Source: an uncultured Methanoregulaceae archaeon
GTDB lineage: Archaea > Halobacteriota > Methanomicrobia > Methanomicrobiales > Methanospirillaceae
Direction of reading: 5' to 3'
DNA: 64,000 nt
Assembly: GCA_963841015.1 (NCBI GenBank)
Contig: CAWJAX010000005.1
Coordinates: 384,001 to 448,000, forward strand
How positions within the stretch are numbered: position 1 is the stretch's first letter; each line of letters opens with the position of its first letter. Positions 28,530-38,565 of this stretch are shown here, one piece after another. A program made the position numbers and the translations under genes. The notes below the pieces were generated by a model. It had not been told where the DNA came from and ran no database searches. It worked only from the letters and a program-made list of their open reading frames with translations.

Positions 28530-29927
28530 TTAGAGAAATTTATCATGATTGGGAATAATCGGGGTATCTTTTTTCCATAAATGGATATCCCGGGCACGAT
28601 CAAAATAGAATTTGGCCTCCTCAGGTTTTCCCATCTCTTTATAACAAATGCCAATATGATTCCATACATTCGCGTTATTAGGCATCTGGTTTGCCACCAT
28701 TTTGAAGGTCTGGATTGAGGAATCGAGATATTTGTTGCTCATATAGAGGACGCCTATCATTTCGAGTGTTTCACCAAGATTGAAGAGAAGTTCCGGGTTC
28801 TCCGGGGCAAGTTCAACTGCCCGAAGCAATGATTTGAGGGCACTTTTATTGTCCCCCATTTCCCGGAAACAGAGGCCACGATCGTTCCAGACATACGGAA
28901 GTTTATCGTCAATCTCCAGGGCTTTATTGAATGCGACAATCGCCTCCGGGTATTTCTTTTCCTTCAGGTACAGACTGACTCCTTCCTTGTAAAGGGAAGA
29001 GGATTTGCCTGACGACGTGCCGAGAAGCTTATTGACCAGCCCTGCCGGTTTTGATGTTTGCCGGGACGCGGCTTCCGTTATATGGGCAACTGCATCCTGT
29101 GTCTCATCATGTATCACGATATCCTTGAATGTCGCAGTGACGTCGCGCACCGTTTCGACAGCCGCGATAAAGTTCCCCTGCCCGTCATACACCGGCATCG
29201 CTTTCATCCAGAGTGTCCACTCACTTCCGTCCCGTTTTAATCCTTTGGTAACCGCGATAATCGGGCCTTTTGCAACCCTGCTGACTATCATATATTTATG
29301 TCTCTTTATCTCATCATCCGGTTCAAAGATGAGATTTGCCAGCATTTTTCTTCGGGTTCCAAAAAAAGGTTCTGCATAGAAATAATCGCTTTTTTCAATC
29401 AATGCACTTGCCGGTGTATCTGTCAGCTGTTCCATTGAGGTATTCCAGGCAACAACCCTGCCTTCGCGATCTATGGCGAAGCTGGGATCGGATGAAAAAT
29501 TGATCATATCTGAGATTACCTGTTTCGTCGTACCCAGGTTTTTTCCGATATACGTCTTTTCCACGGCAGTTTTGACCAAAGTCACCAGTTCACGGAACTG
29601 AGTCTGTGGATCTTCACCTTTTTTTATGTAAAAATTTGCACCATTATTCATAGCTTCGATTGCTGTACGTTCATTCCCGGCTCCCGTAAAGATAATCACC
29701 GGCGTTGTATTGCCTTCAGAGCGGAGAATTTTTAAAAATTCAATTCCATCGATCTCCGGCATGGAATAATCGACTATGATGGCATCAAAGGTTTTTTCAG
29801 GAAGGATTTTTAGTGCCTCTGTTGCGGATTCTGCTGTGTGGACACTCATTTCACGGGACCGTTCAGAGAACAGTTTGAGCACTTCAAGCAGCGCAGGTTC
29901 ATCATCGATCAGGAGGACAGACAGCAA
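28530..29927 (-). CDS. Response regulator with REC, PAS and TPR domains
   Basis: LIDDE, IVDYSMPEIDG and FTG receiver motifs; PSFAIDREGRVVAWN PAS motif; WNDRG and WNHIG TPR units. Confidence 0.85.
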   Translation of the reverse strand: MLSVLLIDDEPALLEVLKLFSERSREMSVHTAESATEALKILPEKTFDAIIVDYSMPEIDGIEFLKILRSEGNTTPVIIFTGAGNERTAIEAMNNGANFYIKKGEDPQTQFRELVTLVKTAVEKTYIGKNLGTTKQVISDMINFSSDPSFAIDREGRVVAWNTSMEQLTDTPASALIEKSDYFYAEPFFGTRRKMLANLIFEPDDEIKRHKYMIVSRVAKGPIIAVTKGLKRDGSEWTLWMKAMPVYDGQGNFIAAVETVRDVTATFKDIVIHDETQDAVAHITEAASRQTSKPAGLVNKLLGTSSGKSSSLYKEGVSLYLKEKKYPEAIVAFNKALEIDDKLPYVWNDRGLCFREMGDNKSALKSLLRAVELAPENPELLFNLGETLEMIGVLYMSNKYLDSSIQTFKMVANQMPNNANVWNHIGICYKEMGKPEEAKFYFDRARDIHLWKKDTPIIPNHDKFL

Positions 29928-30156
29928 GGTCAGAGCACCCTTTATTAGTAGTTCAATGAGTCCCGGCAGATATAAATATAGGGTTTTTATGACGGCTCAT
30001 CATTATCTCAAGAGGAGATATGAAGGTCAACTGGGACGAAAATCAAATTTGAAAATACCTGCAAATCGACCCAGGGATAAACGATTGAAGAGATGCGTAA
30101 CTATCGATATAAAACAGGATGACTATTTTGAATTAAAAAGGGTGAAAACCGGAAAG

Positions 30157-31038
30157 TTAGTACCCATGTATTTCAGCTTCGATTTTCTCAAGGTTTGCAA
30201 TCCGCTTTTCGAGCGGTGGATGGGTGGAAAGAAGTTCCATAAAAGACCTTCCTGAGAGTGCCGGGATGATGAAGAAAGCATTCGCCGATTCCACCTTTGC
30301 CTTGGCTTCAGCAGGTACTGCATCCATGCGTCCGCTGATCTTGCTTAATGCGGACATGAGTGCTTTGGGGTTCTTCGTGATAAGGGCACTTCCACGATCT
30401 GCTGCAAACTCACGATATCTCGATAGTGCAAGGATGAGTAACGTACTGACCGCATATACGACAATTGAGACAATCCAGATGATGATTGTTCCTCCGCCTT
30501 CCCGGTTGCGCCCCCCTAAAACCGCGGAAAAGAAAAAACTCTGCATGATCATCGAAGCAATCATAGCAATAAAACTGGCCATTGTCATGGTAAGGATATC
30601 CCGGTTTTTCACATGAGCAAGCTCGTGCGCAAGAACGGCCTCGAGCTCCTCCTTATTCAGGAGCCGCATGATCGAGTCTGTGCATGCGACAACGGCATGT
30701 TTTGGACTCCTGCCAGTTGCAAATGCATTGGGTACCGGGCTCTGCATGATTGCAATCTTTGGGAGGGGAAGGTCTGCTTCCTTGCAGAGCTTCCCGACAG
30801 TCTGATGAAGTTCAGGATATTCATCTTTTTCGAGGATCCGTGCCCCTGTAGACCAGAGTACCAGTTTATCTGAGAAAAAGTACTGGACTAATCCCATTCC
30901 TACAGCTAATAACACTATCAACCAGAGACCTGCTCCGAACGCGAGGAGTATGGTCATGAAGACAAGGTAGAGAATCAGCAGCAGGAATCCCGTCAGTACG
31001 ATCCTGCCTGTTAAGCCCCAGTCACGTTTCCATTCCAT
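30157..31038 (-). CDS. htpX: Zinc metalloprotease HtpX
   Basis: PNAFATGR, HELAH, SRYREFAAD and STHPP motifs. Confidence 0.93.
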   Translation of the reverse strand: MEWKRDWGLTGRIVLTGFLLLILYLVFMTILLAFGAGLWLIVLLAVGMGLVQYFFSDKLVLWSTGARILEKDEYPELHQTVGKLCKEADLPLPKIAIMQSPVPNAFATGRSPKHAVVACTDSIMRLLNKEELEAVLAHELAHVKNRDILTMTMASFIAMIASMIMQSFFFSAVLGGRNREGGGTIIIWIVSIVVYAVSTLLILALSRYREFAADRGSALITKNPKALMSALSKISGRMDAVPAEAKAKVESANAFFIIPALSGRSFMELLSTHPPLEKRIANLEKIEAEIHGY

Positions 31039-31216
31039 AAGTGGTACATGTTCGTTATGGGCGCTCTTAAAACATTCGACAATTGCAATAAACGGCGCAA
31101 ATTTTGAGCCTATTCATGGATTCATCAGATGCTTCCTTGCAGAGGGGGTTGGGCATAGGTATTTTCCGCAGGATCAATACAGAAACTATTTTCTTGCTGG
31201 CATCTGACTGGTACGC

Positions 31217-31867
31217 ATGGCTGAAGTCGATCCCGAAGCGCTGGCTGATGTGGCATACGGCATCTTCGAGCACTCCCTGAACCAGGGGCTCCAGAAGCAG
31301 GACAAATACCTTTATGCACTGGTCGAAGGCGGAGTTGACTTCAAACCGGAACTTTCCATAATTTTTGAGAAGTTTGCTCATGAATATCCACAGCTTGCAG
31401 AGGCAATATTGAAACGATTTTCCGATATTGACACAATTTATGGGATGCTCTGCAACGGCGAAGGGGTGATCCCAACCAAAACAACTCAGGCGTACTGGAT
31501 TGTGCAGGACGCTCCGGGAAGTGCTCCTGAGGCAATCGAGGATGAAAATGCAGGGAAATGGCTGATTTTCCAGGAGCCGGACATGGCAGATGAAGCATGG
31601 AAAAAGATCCGGAACGCTACAGTGGCACTCGAGCTCGGTATATCTGCAAAAGTGAGCACATCAAAACCAAACCCGGAATCACGCGATAACCGAAAAGTCA
31701 TCTATGTGTATACAAAAAACTGGGCAGATGAGACAGATGTGATGCGGGTGCGTGAAGTACTCCGCACGCTGGGTTTTATTGAACGGATAGGGTACAAACG
31801 GAATATCGAAACGTTCGCCGGGGAATATGCCAAGAAAGGCAAGCGGGTGACTTACTACTCGGCATGA
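31217..31867 (+). CDS. DUF1917/Bles03-like protein (eIF4E-like fold)
   Basis: GKWLIF, LGISAKVST, VIYVYT, DVMRVRE and IGYK motifs. Confidence 0.75.
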   Translation: MAEVDPEALADVAYGIFEHSLNQGLQKQDKYLYALVEGGVDFKPELSIIFEKFAHEYPQLAEAILKRFSDIDTIYGMLCNGEGVIPTKTTQAYWIVQDAPGSAPEAIEDENAGKWLIFQEPDMADEAWKKIRNATVALELGISAKVSTSKPNPESRDNRKVIYVYTKNWADETDVMRVREVLRTLGFIERIGYKRNIETFAGEYAKKGKRVTYYSA

Positions 31868-31920
31868 TTACAGGTAATAGTAAAAAAGTAAAAAAACTTG
31901 AAAAATATTGAAGATAACAA

Positions 31921-32067
31921 TTACGCCTTTCTTTCCTTGTTCTTGGGGCGCAGGTTCTGGTAACCGCACTTACGGCAGCTGGTTGCGCGTATTGCATTGC
32001 GGGCGTTGCAATGCATACATATTTTCACATTGAGTAACCGGGCTTCGGCTTCGGGGAATTTTGCCAT
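31921..32067 (-). CDS. rpl40e: 50S ribosomal protein L40e
   Basis: Translated by hand (too short for the ORF track): [48 protein letters not shown]. Confidence 0.95.
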   Translation of the reverse strand: MAKFPEAEARLLNVKICMHCNARNAIRATSCRKCGYQNLRPKNKERKA

Positions 32068-32112
32068 AGAAATACACTCCTGTCTGCCCTTATAACAAAG
32101 CTGTAAGACATA

Positions 32113-32685
32113 TTAACCATTTGCGTCACGTTTGACTAGTCTGAATTCTTGCGTGAACCAGTCCCTGAATGTTGTAAGAGCCAGTGCACGGTGAGAAATT
32201 CTGCATTTCTCTGAAAGCGGGAGTTCTGCAAGTGTCCGTCCATCTACCTCAAAGATCGGGTCATACCCGAATCCACTGCTCCCACGGGGGGCTGCAACGA
32301 TTCTGCCATGGATAGTTCCAGGAAAGTGACGGACGCCCTGTTCATCTGCGAATGCAATCACTGTCGTGAAATGAGCGTTACGATTCTTCACGTCCATCAT
32401 AATTTTGAGAATACCTTCGTTACCAATCGAATGCAGCACATACGCAGCATACGGGCCGGGAAATCCATTCAGTGCATCGATAGAAAAGCTGGTATCATCG
32501 ACGATGAGTGGGGTGTGGAGATGATCGAATGCATATTGTGCTTTCTGCCGCGAGATCTCAGATACATCGTCTGAACGGAGTTCGGGAATATCGAGCGGTA
32601 CATGGCACACCTCGAGTAAACCCCCGAAAAATTCCGCTACCTCCCTTGCCTTATTGGTGTTGCTCGTAACCATGGTGAGTTTTAT
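32113..32685 (-). CDS. rdgB: Non-canonical purine NTP pyrophosphatase (Ham1/RdgB); start ATA at 32685 or ATG at 32673
   Basis: VTSNTNK, VDDT, GFPGPY, GFGYDPIF and ISHR motifs. Confidence 0.92.
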   Translation of the reverse strand: MKLTMVTSNTNKAREVAEFFGGLLEVCHVPLDIPELRSDDVSEISRQKAQYAFDHLHTPLIVDDTSFSIDALNGFPGPYAAYVLHSIGNEGILKIMMDVKNRNAHFTTVIAFADEQGVRHFPGTIHGRIVAAPRGSSGFGYDPIFEVDGRTLAELPLSEKCRISHRALALTTFRDWFTQEFRLVKRDANG

Positions 32686-34265
32686 AAATATCTCCCCCTC
32701 AGTTCAATCTCATGTTCACGGGTTATGACGTCTGCAGCTTCAGCAAAAGTGTCTGCATATCCCGCCGCAAACGCAGTTTTTAGCACATCAGCACTTTCCG
32801 GTGCTGTACTCTCCAGCGTCTGGAAAAGGACATGAATATCTACACCCCTCTGCTCGATCTCGGAATTTACCTGTGCAAGCCCAAAATCGATCAGTACGCA
32901 GGCACCGTCGTCCTCACGCAGGATCATGTTGCTTGTCGTGAGATCACCGTGTATAATACATGATGTATGCAGCTTGCCGATCATTCGCCCTGCTTTGTAT
33001 GCTGCTGCTTCAGTAAGATTCTGTGTTAGTAATGTCCCCTTCACTTGCTCCATCAGTATGGTATCAGCTGTGATGTCGCTCATGATTGGTGTGGGAACAC
33101 CGCCTTTGCGTGCAGCAGCGATTAATCGTGCTTCTGCCCGGGTTCGCTCTGTAATGAGTCGGTTGTCAAGTGCAGGCGCGCGGTACAGTTTCGGAAGCCT
33201 GCGCTTCTCAGCTTTGCCATTCCGGAACGTAACTATGGCTTCCGCACCCCTTTTCCAGGTATTACGATCCGGAAAAACAACAGGTCTCTTATGAATAATC
33301 TCCTGTTGCCAGGTCACCTCTACATCATCTGAGCGAAATGAGGGCTTGATCTGTGAAGATTCAATGGGGAGTGACAATCCGCTCTCAAGCATCAGTTTTC
33401 CTGTGTAGGCGATCATCGCGCCATTATCTCCAAGGTATTTCTGTTCCGGGACGTAGAATTGTGCACCTCGGTCCTCACACATCAGCCGGAGCATTTCCTG
33501 CAACCGCCGGTTTGCTCCAACACCTCCAACAAGGAGCACCTCCTCTTTTCCGGCAAGTGACATGGCCCGTTCGGTCACTTCAACGCACATTGCGAAAGCA
33601 GTCTCCTGCAGGCTGTAGCACACATCGGGGAGTGTCTCCTTACAATCTTTCGCTGCTGATACAAGGCCGGAAAAAGCGAGATCCATTCCCTTGACCGTAT
33701 AAGGAAGGTTGATGTACTGGCCGAGTTTTGCCTGCGCCTCTATGATTGGACCTCCGGGATGAGGAAGATCCTTGGATCTGGCAAACTTATCGAGAGCATT
33801 GCCAATACCTATATCGAGGGTCTCACCAAAAATCCGGTATCGGCCGTTCAGGAACCCGATCACCTGGGTGTTCGCTCCGCTTGCATAGAGGACAATCGGG
33901 TCATTACAACCGGTGGCAAAACGCCCAATTTCTATATGAGCGATGCAATGGTTGACACCAACAAGGGGGACGCCGAGTGCCAGCGCAAGCGACCGGGCTG
34001 CTGTTGCAACTGTCCGCAGGCAGGGTCCAAGCCCGGGGCCCTGGGAGAATGCTATTCCGGTAATCTTTTCAGGTTCCTGAAGGACTACGGAGATGAGTTC
34101 CTTCATCACTGATGCATGGTGCTGCGCCGCCTCACGCGGGTGGATACCCCCCTGAGCCGGGCTGTACGGTCGCGAAACAAGTGAAATGAGATCCTCGTCA
34201 AAAAGAGCGGCACTGAGGTTCCATGCTGTTCCCTCAATTCCAAGTATCTGCCCAAAAACAGGCAT
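32682..34265 (-). CDS. kae1: Bifunctional Kae1/Bud32 t6A biosynthesis protein
   Basis: GIEGTAW, HCIAH and DNGAMIA motifs, followed by kinase motifs GAEA, HGDLTTSN and IDFGL. Confidence 0.94.
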   Translation of the reverse strand: MPVFGQILGIEGTAWNLSAALFDEDLISLVSRPYSPAQGGIHPREAAQHHASVMKELISVVLQEPEKITGIAFSQGPGLGPCLRTVATAARSLALALGVPLVGVNHCIAHIEIGRFATGCNDPIVLYASGANTQVIGFLNGRYRIFGETLDIGIGNALDKFARSKDLPHPGGPIIEAQAKLGQYINLPYTVKGMDLAFSGLVSAAKDCKETLPDVCYSLQETAFAMCVEVTERAMSLAGKEEVLLVGGVGANRRLQEMLRLMCEDRGAQFYVPEQKYLGDNGAMIAYTGKLMLESGLSLPIESSQIKPSFRSDDVEVTWQQEIIHKRPVVFPDRNTWKRGAEAIVTFRNGKAEKRRLPKLYRAPALDNRLITERTRAEARLIAAARKGGVPTPIMSDITADTILMEQVKGTLLTQNLTEAAAYKAGRMIGKLHTSCIIHGDLTTSNMILREDDGACVLIDFGLAQVNSEIEQRGVDIHVLFQTLESTAPESADVLKTAFAAGYADTFAEAADVITREHEIELRGRYL

Positions 34266-34271
34266 TGGATC

Positions 34272-34457
34272 TTATTTTCTGAATTCAGTATATCCGCACT
34301 TGCCGCATGTGGTCCGGTCCTTATGGTCCGCCATCATGATACCCGGTCCGCAGCGGGGGCAGTATTTCTTGGTTGTAGTAACCTTAGCACCCTCAACCTT
34401 GAAGTACGAACCCCTCTTTTGCCCCTTAGCTGCGGCTGCTTTTTTTGCTGCTGCCAT
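34272..34457 (-). CDS. rps27ae: 30S ribosomal protein S27ae
   Basis: [20 protein letters not shown]. Confidence 0.95.
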   Translation of the reverse strand: MAAAKKAAAAKGQKRGSYFKVEGAKVTTTKKYCPRCGPGIMMADHKDRTTCGKCGYTEFRK

Positions 34458-34459
34458 TG

Positions 34460-34759
34460 TTACGTAGCCCCCTCTTCCTTGGGTTTTGGCATTCCGCGCG
34501 CTGCAAGGTGTGGGCGTTCGGTCTTGTTCCTGCCCTCTTCACTATCATAAATACGTGCTGAACCGGTTATTTCTGTCTTACCGAAGCTGCTGTTGAGGGT
34601 GTCAAGGGTTATCTGATTCTCTTTTACATTAAGCAGGGCACACAGTTTGCCGATAATCTGCATACGGGAGGGGGTCGCACCATCGTATTTGAGGTCAAAC
34701 TGAACCTCTCTTCTGGATAAAAGCTCATTTCTTTTATCGCCGGTGATCTCAAAGTCCAT
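34460..34759 (-). CDS. rps24e: 30S ribosomal protein S24e
   Basis: [13 protein letters not shown] and FG-G-ARIY motifs. Confidence 0.94.
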   Translation of the reverse strand: MDFEITGDKRNELLSRREVQFDLKYDGATPSRMQIIGKLCALLNVKENQITLDTLNSSFGKTEITGSARIYDSEEGRNKTERPHLAARGMPKPKEEGAT

Positions 34760-34878
34760 CGATATCCTGTAATTATTGGAAACCGGGTTATTTATAATAT
34801 GAGCCTCACATTGATTCCGGCACTAATTGCAGAAACAAAAAACAGTATGCAGGTTATTTCATGGATACAAAGGGAAAT

Positions 34879-35370
34879 TCATACATCCGTGTGGATAAAA
34901 TGTGTCAGAAACTGGCGTGCGGTTTCTTTTGCCTCAAAGTTTACTCTGCGGATTACGACACCCTGATGTGGCTGTCCATATAACACGATAGCGCCATCTG
35001 GAGCAGCGATAACAAGCGGGATTACCGCGAGATCTTCTTCCCCATCAACAATGACCGTCGCTGGTGGATGCATAATTGCGTTATCGAGCGCGCGAATCAG
35101 CTCATTGGTTAATGTGCCTGCAGGATTTTTCACCCTGATACATTTTCCCTGAATTACCGGCAACTTTTTACATGGTAAGCGCATGGTATACCCGTCAACG
35201 ACGGCAATTGCAGGTGTAATCCCCCTCTTCTGGAGGTTGTGAGTAACTACATCCCCGACTGCATATACGGGGCTGTCTGCAATTAAGGGGATAATCTCAT
35301 CAATATTCCGGTGCAGCTCCCCGAAAGGTTCCTGGAAAAGCTTCCGGTACTCTTCAGGAAGTGTGAGCAT
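34879..35370 (-). CDS. GTP-dependent dephospho-CoA kinase (DUF359)
   Basis: VGDVVT, NPAG, VDGEEDL and YGQP motifs. Confidence 0.88.
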   Translation of the reverse strand: MLTLPEEYRKLFQEPFGELHRNIDEIIPLIADSPVYAVGDVVTHNLQKRGITPAIAVVDGYTMRLPCKKLPVIQGKCIRVKNPAGTLTNELIRALDNAIMHPPATVIVDGEEDLAVIPLVIAAPDGAIVLYGQPHQGVVIRRVNFEAKETARQFLTHFIHTDV

Positions 35371-35576
35371 CAGCGAACCTTCAGCGCATAGCGACCTGGA
35401 AGTTTGATGTTCATCCGTTTCGCAACATCGGAATTTTCCGGATCGATAATGACAAGGTAGCCGGACCAGTCTTCACTCAGATTTGTTGTGCCGCAGATTA
35501 CGCAGTTCTCGCCATCAACGACACGATGACAGTCACGGCACACCTTTCCCTGCTTTTTCTTATTCGCCGGAGGCAT
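35370..35576 (-). CDS. spt4: Transcription elongation factor Spt4 (RpoE'')
   Basis: CRDC-CVICG, WSGYLVIIDP and PGRYALKVR motifs. Confidence 0.94.
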   Translation of the reverse strand: MPPANKKKQGKVCRDCHRVVDGENCVICGTTNLSEDWSGYLVIIDPENSDVAKRMNIKLPGRYALKVR

Positions 35577-36201
35577 GCTCCTTCCTCTTGCCTTTGCCCT
35601 TCTCCTTTACCGCCTCTTTTGATGCTGGAGAGGATTTCTGGTCTTTCTCTTTCTCCTTATTCATTTCTTCTTCAAGCCAGAGTGCCGTGCCCAGACCTGC
35701 CTGTCGCATCGTGAGTCCGATCTTGCTGTCACGTGGCTCCCGCTCATTGAGGGAGAGCGTCACAACACGGACACGGACTACATCGCCTACGCCTATGAAT
35801 CTTTTGGACTCCTGGCAGATAAGACGGGCATTTTTCTCATCGTAATTGATGTATTCATCCGAGATCTGGCTTACGTGCAGCATCGCATCGATAGGACCGA
35901 GACTGACAAAAGCCCCGAAACTTGTTGTTTCGACAACCAGTCCCTCAATGACTTCCTGCAGCGCAAGACGGAGCACGAGCGCTTCAAACTTTACATCATA
36001 ATAGACGCCCCCGTCACCTGGTACGAGTTCACCCTCCCCGACATCATGAACTTTGGTTACACAGATGAAAATTCCGATCTCTTTATCAATACTGCCTTCA
36101 AGCTGCTCCTGCAGAACCTCAAGAATCACTTTTTCAAGTTTCTCACCCAGTCGCTGGGGGGGTACCCTCACTTTGTCCTCAAGCATCAACTTATGATACA
36201 T
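35560..36201 (-). CDS. rpoE1: RNA polymerase subunit E' (Rpo7)
   Basis: VPGDG, FGAFVSLGPIDAMLHVSQI and KIGLTMRQ motifs. Confidence 0.95.
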   Translation of the reverse strand: MYHKLMLEDKVRVPPQRLGEKLEKVILEVLQEQLEGSIDKEIGIFICVTKVHDVGEGELVPGDGGVYYDVKFEALVLRLALQEVIEGLVVETTSFGAFVSLGPIDAMLHVSQISDEYINYDEKNARLICQESKRFIGVGDVVRVRVVTLSLNEREPRDSKIGLTMRQAGLGTALWLEEEMNKEKEKDQKSSPASKEAVKEKGKGKRKEHASGE

Positions 36202-36204
36202 ATT

Positions 36205-36588
36205 TTACCTCCGCAATATCTCCAGTTTTTTCTGATTTCTCATTGATATCACGCTGATACCGCGTGTTAACAGCGCATTCCTGATACGCCGGTCATTGGT
36301 AACCACAATGCATGCATTCCGAGCTGCGTATTCAATCAGCTGCGCATCGATAGATCCCGATTCTAATTCCCCGCTTTCCACGATAGTACATTTCTCACCA
36401 AGCACAAGACCGTGCCGGGCAGCGGCACCATCACGCCCTTTTGCCCGTGAGAGCCCGGTAAGCTCCCCAATTACCGTGGTTAGCACGACCGGTTCAAATG
36501 CTCCAAGGAGCATACGAAGTTCATCGAAGAGATCGATCTGGAATTGCACTGGCATCATGAGTGCATTGGCATCCAGAAGGATCTTCAC
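36205..36588 (-). CDS. PIN-domain protein (Fcf1-like)
   Basis: ILLDAN and VVTND motifs; GTG start overlaps the eif2g stop. Confidence 0.85.
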   Translation of the reverse strand: MKILLDANALMMPVQFQIDLFDELRMLLGAFEPVVLTTVIGELTGLSRAKGRDGAAARHGLVLGEKCTIVESGELESGSIDAQLIEYAARNACIVVTNDRRIRNALLTRGISVISMRNQKKLEILRR

Positions 36589-37820
36589 TCGCTCAGGACT
36601 CCCATCCCGATTAGCCGCCAGCGTGCTCCCACCTGCCGGCTGATAGCTATCCTTGAACCCAGTTCTGCACATACAGGTCGCTTCAGCTGAATTTCAATGG
36701 TGTCTTTTTTCGTATTGCTGACTACGCCAACGGTAACGGCGGTTCCTACTGAAAGCATCAGCGGTTCACTGTGTTTTAACGGTTCAATGACCAGCTCGCT
36801 TGTAGCACCCACAACCCGCTCCATGAGCGTGACCCGGCACCGGATTTTGTCCCATACCGGAGGCAGTTTACCTTCGTGGCCTAGTACCTGACCTGCAAGC
36901 GTGTCACTTTTCGTCAGAGCCGGGTCGAGTCTGGTTCCCACTCCAAGCAGTCCGCCGGGAGTAGCCTCAGCGACCTTGTTAGAACCAGCATTGATCGATG
37001 TGACTTTTGTGGTGATAGGAATCCATTTTATCCTGTTTTCTGTCTGTGTCTGTCTGCCGGGCCGGATCTCGATATCATCACCTTCGCGGAGGATGCCCCG
37101 GATAAGAGATCCCCCAACGACGCCACCTTTCACATCCTTCCAGTTACAGCCAGGTTTGTTAACATCAAACGAGCGGGCGATAAGCATAACAGGTTCGGCA
37201 TTAGGATCACGCACGGGTTCAGGAATTGTCTGATCAAGTGCCTGAACAAGAGCACCAATATTGATTCCTTTCTGCGAAGAAACCGGAATGATTGGTGAGT
37301 TCTCAGCGATCGTTCCTTTAATGAATTTTTTTATCTCATGATAATTGTCGATCGCTTCTTTCTGGCTGACCACATCAATTTTACTCTGGACAATGACGAT
37401 ATTTTTTATCCCAACCAGCTCCAGCGCCATCAGGTGCTCTTTGGTCTGCGGCTGCGGGCACCTCTCACTTGCAGCAATGACCAGCATTGCTCCGTCCATT
37501 AATGCTGAACCGGACAACATCGTAGCCATGAGCGTCTCATGACCCGGTGCATCGACGAAGGAAATTGAACGAAATGGGGTTCCCTTTCCGCCACACACCG
37601 GACAATCGGAACTGGTCGAAAAGGCGTTTGTACCTTCGCACTTTTCGCACCGGTAAAAGGTAGCGTCAGCATATCCCAGACGGATAGAGATGCCGCGTTT
37701 CACCTCTTCACTGTGTCTGTCTGTCCATGTCCCGGTGAGTGCATTAACGAGTGTCGTTTTGCCATGATCGACATGACCTACCACTCCTATATTGACACTG
37801 GGAACTTTTACATCATGCAA
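36585..37820 (-). CDS. eif2g: Translation initiation factor 2 gamma subunit
   Basis: GHVDHGKTT, RGISIRLGY, DAPGHE and QTKEH motifs. Confidence 0.96.
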   Translation of the reverse strand: MHDVKVPSVNIGVVGHVDHGKTTLVNALTGTWTDRHSEEVKRGISIRLGYADATFYRCEKCEGTNAFSTSSDCPVCGGKGTPFRSISFVDAPGHETLMATMLSGSALMDGAMLVIAASERCPQPQTKEHLMALELVGIKNIVIVQSKIDVVSQKEAIDNYHEIKKFIKGTIAENSPIIPVSSQKGINIGALVQALDQTIPEPVRDPNAEPVMLIARSFDVNKPGCNWKDVKGGVVGGSLIRGILREGDDIEIRPGRQTQTENRIKWIPITTKVTSINAGSNKVAEATPGGLLGVGTRLDPALTKSDTLAGQVLGHEGKLPPVWDKIRCRVTLMERVVGATSELVIEPLKHSEPLMLSVGTAVTVGVVSNTKKDTIEIQLKRPVCAELGSRIAISRQVGARWRLIGMGVLSE

Positions 37821-38216
37821 ATGAAATCGAACCTCCTTACTCTCAAAGAAATTTAGAACACCAACACCGTATCTTGAATTAATCCCATTCTTGATTTATG
37901 CACCCGGATATTCTACGAGACATCGATCAGAAAGTCCATGCTGGTTTGATAACACTTATGGACGCGAAAATATTAAATAAGTATCTCGCTGATCGGCAGA
38001 TATCAAAGTTTTATGACTTACCGGGAAACGACGGAATGACCTGAAAAACAATATTTTTTTTGGCATTACAATCCATATTTTTTAGAGTATAAGAACTTGG
38101 ATATGCATTTTTCTGTCATCCCGTTTGCATTATTTTTAGGTCCGAGGGCAGAACTGAACGGTTTGATTGAAATAATGGATTGAACCAGTAAGCCCAACCA
38201 GGATTGAGCGGGAGAA

Positions 38217-38510
38217 TTAACCTCCTCCCTCGCAGCTCTGATCGGTTGCTTTCCACGCGTCCTGCAGATCGCGCCCTGATGCAAACTCTTTCTCTCTTTC
38301 AATTACTTTTTTTGCGTCTTCAATGATTGCCTTCGCTGATTTATCCGGGCCGGTTGCCGGAATCAGATTATCGACTCTGTACAGGAGATTTGTACTGTCC
38401 AGTTCGGCAAACACCTCTCCCCGCACCTCCTCGATACGAAGGATGGTCCCGGTTGTTCCGGTTCGTGGATACCGCACCCGCATGCCGAGAGTAAGTTCTT
38501 CTGCTAACAT
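38217..38510 (-). CDS. DUF2098-like methanogen protein
   Basis: VRYPRTGTTG, LDSTNLLY and C-terminal CEGGG. Confidence 0.75.
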   Translation of the reverse strand: MLAEELTLGMRVRYPRTGTTGTILRIEEVRGEVFAELDSTNLLYRVDNLIPATGPDKSAKAIIEDAKKVIEREKEFASGRDLQDAWKATDQSCEGGG

Positions 38511-38565
38511 AATGGAGAATGATGTATATGCTTGTATAAAGGTGTTTTTCCGCTACATTCAAAAA

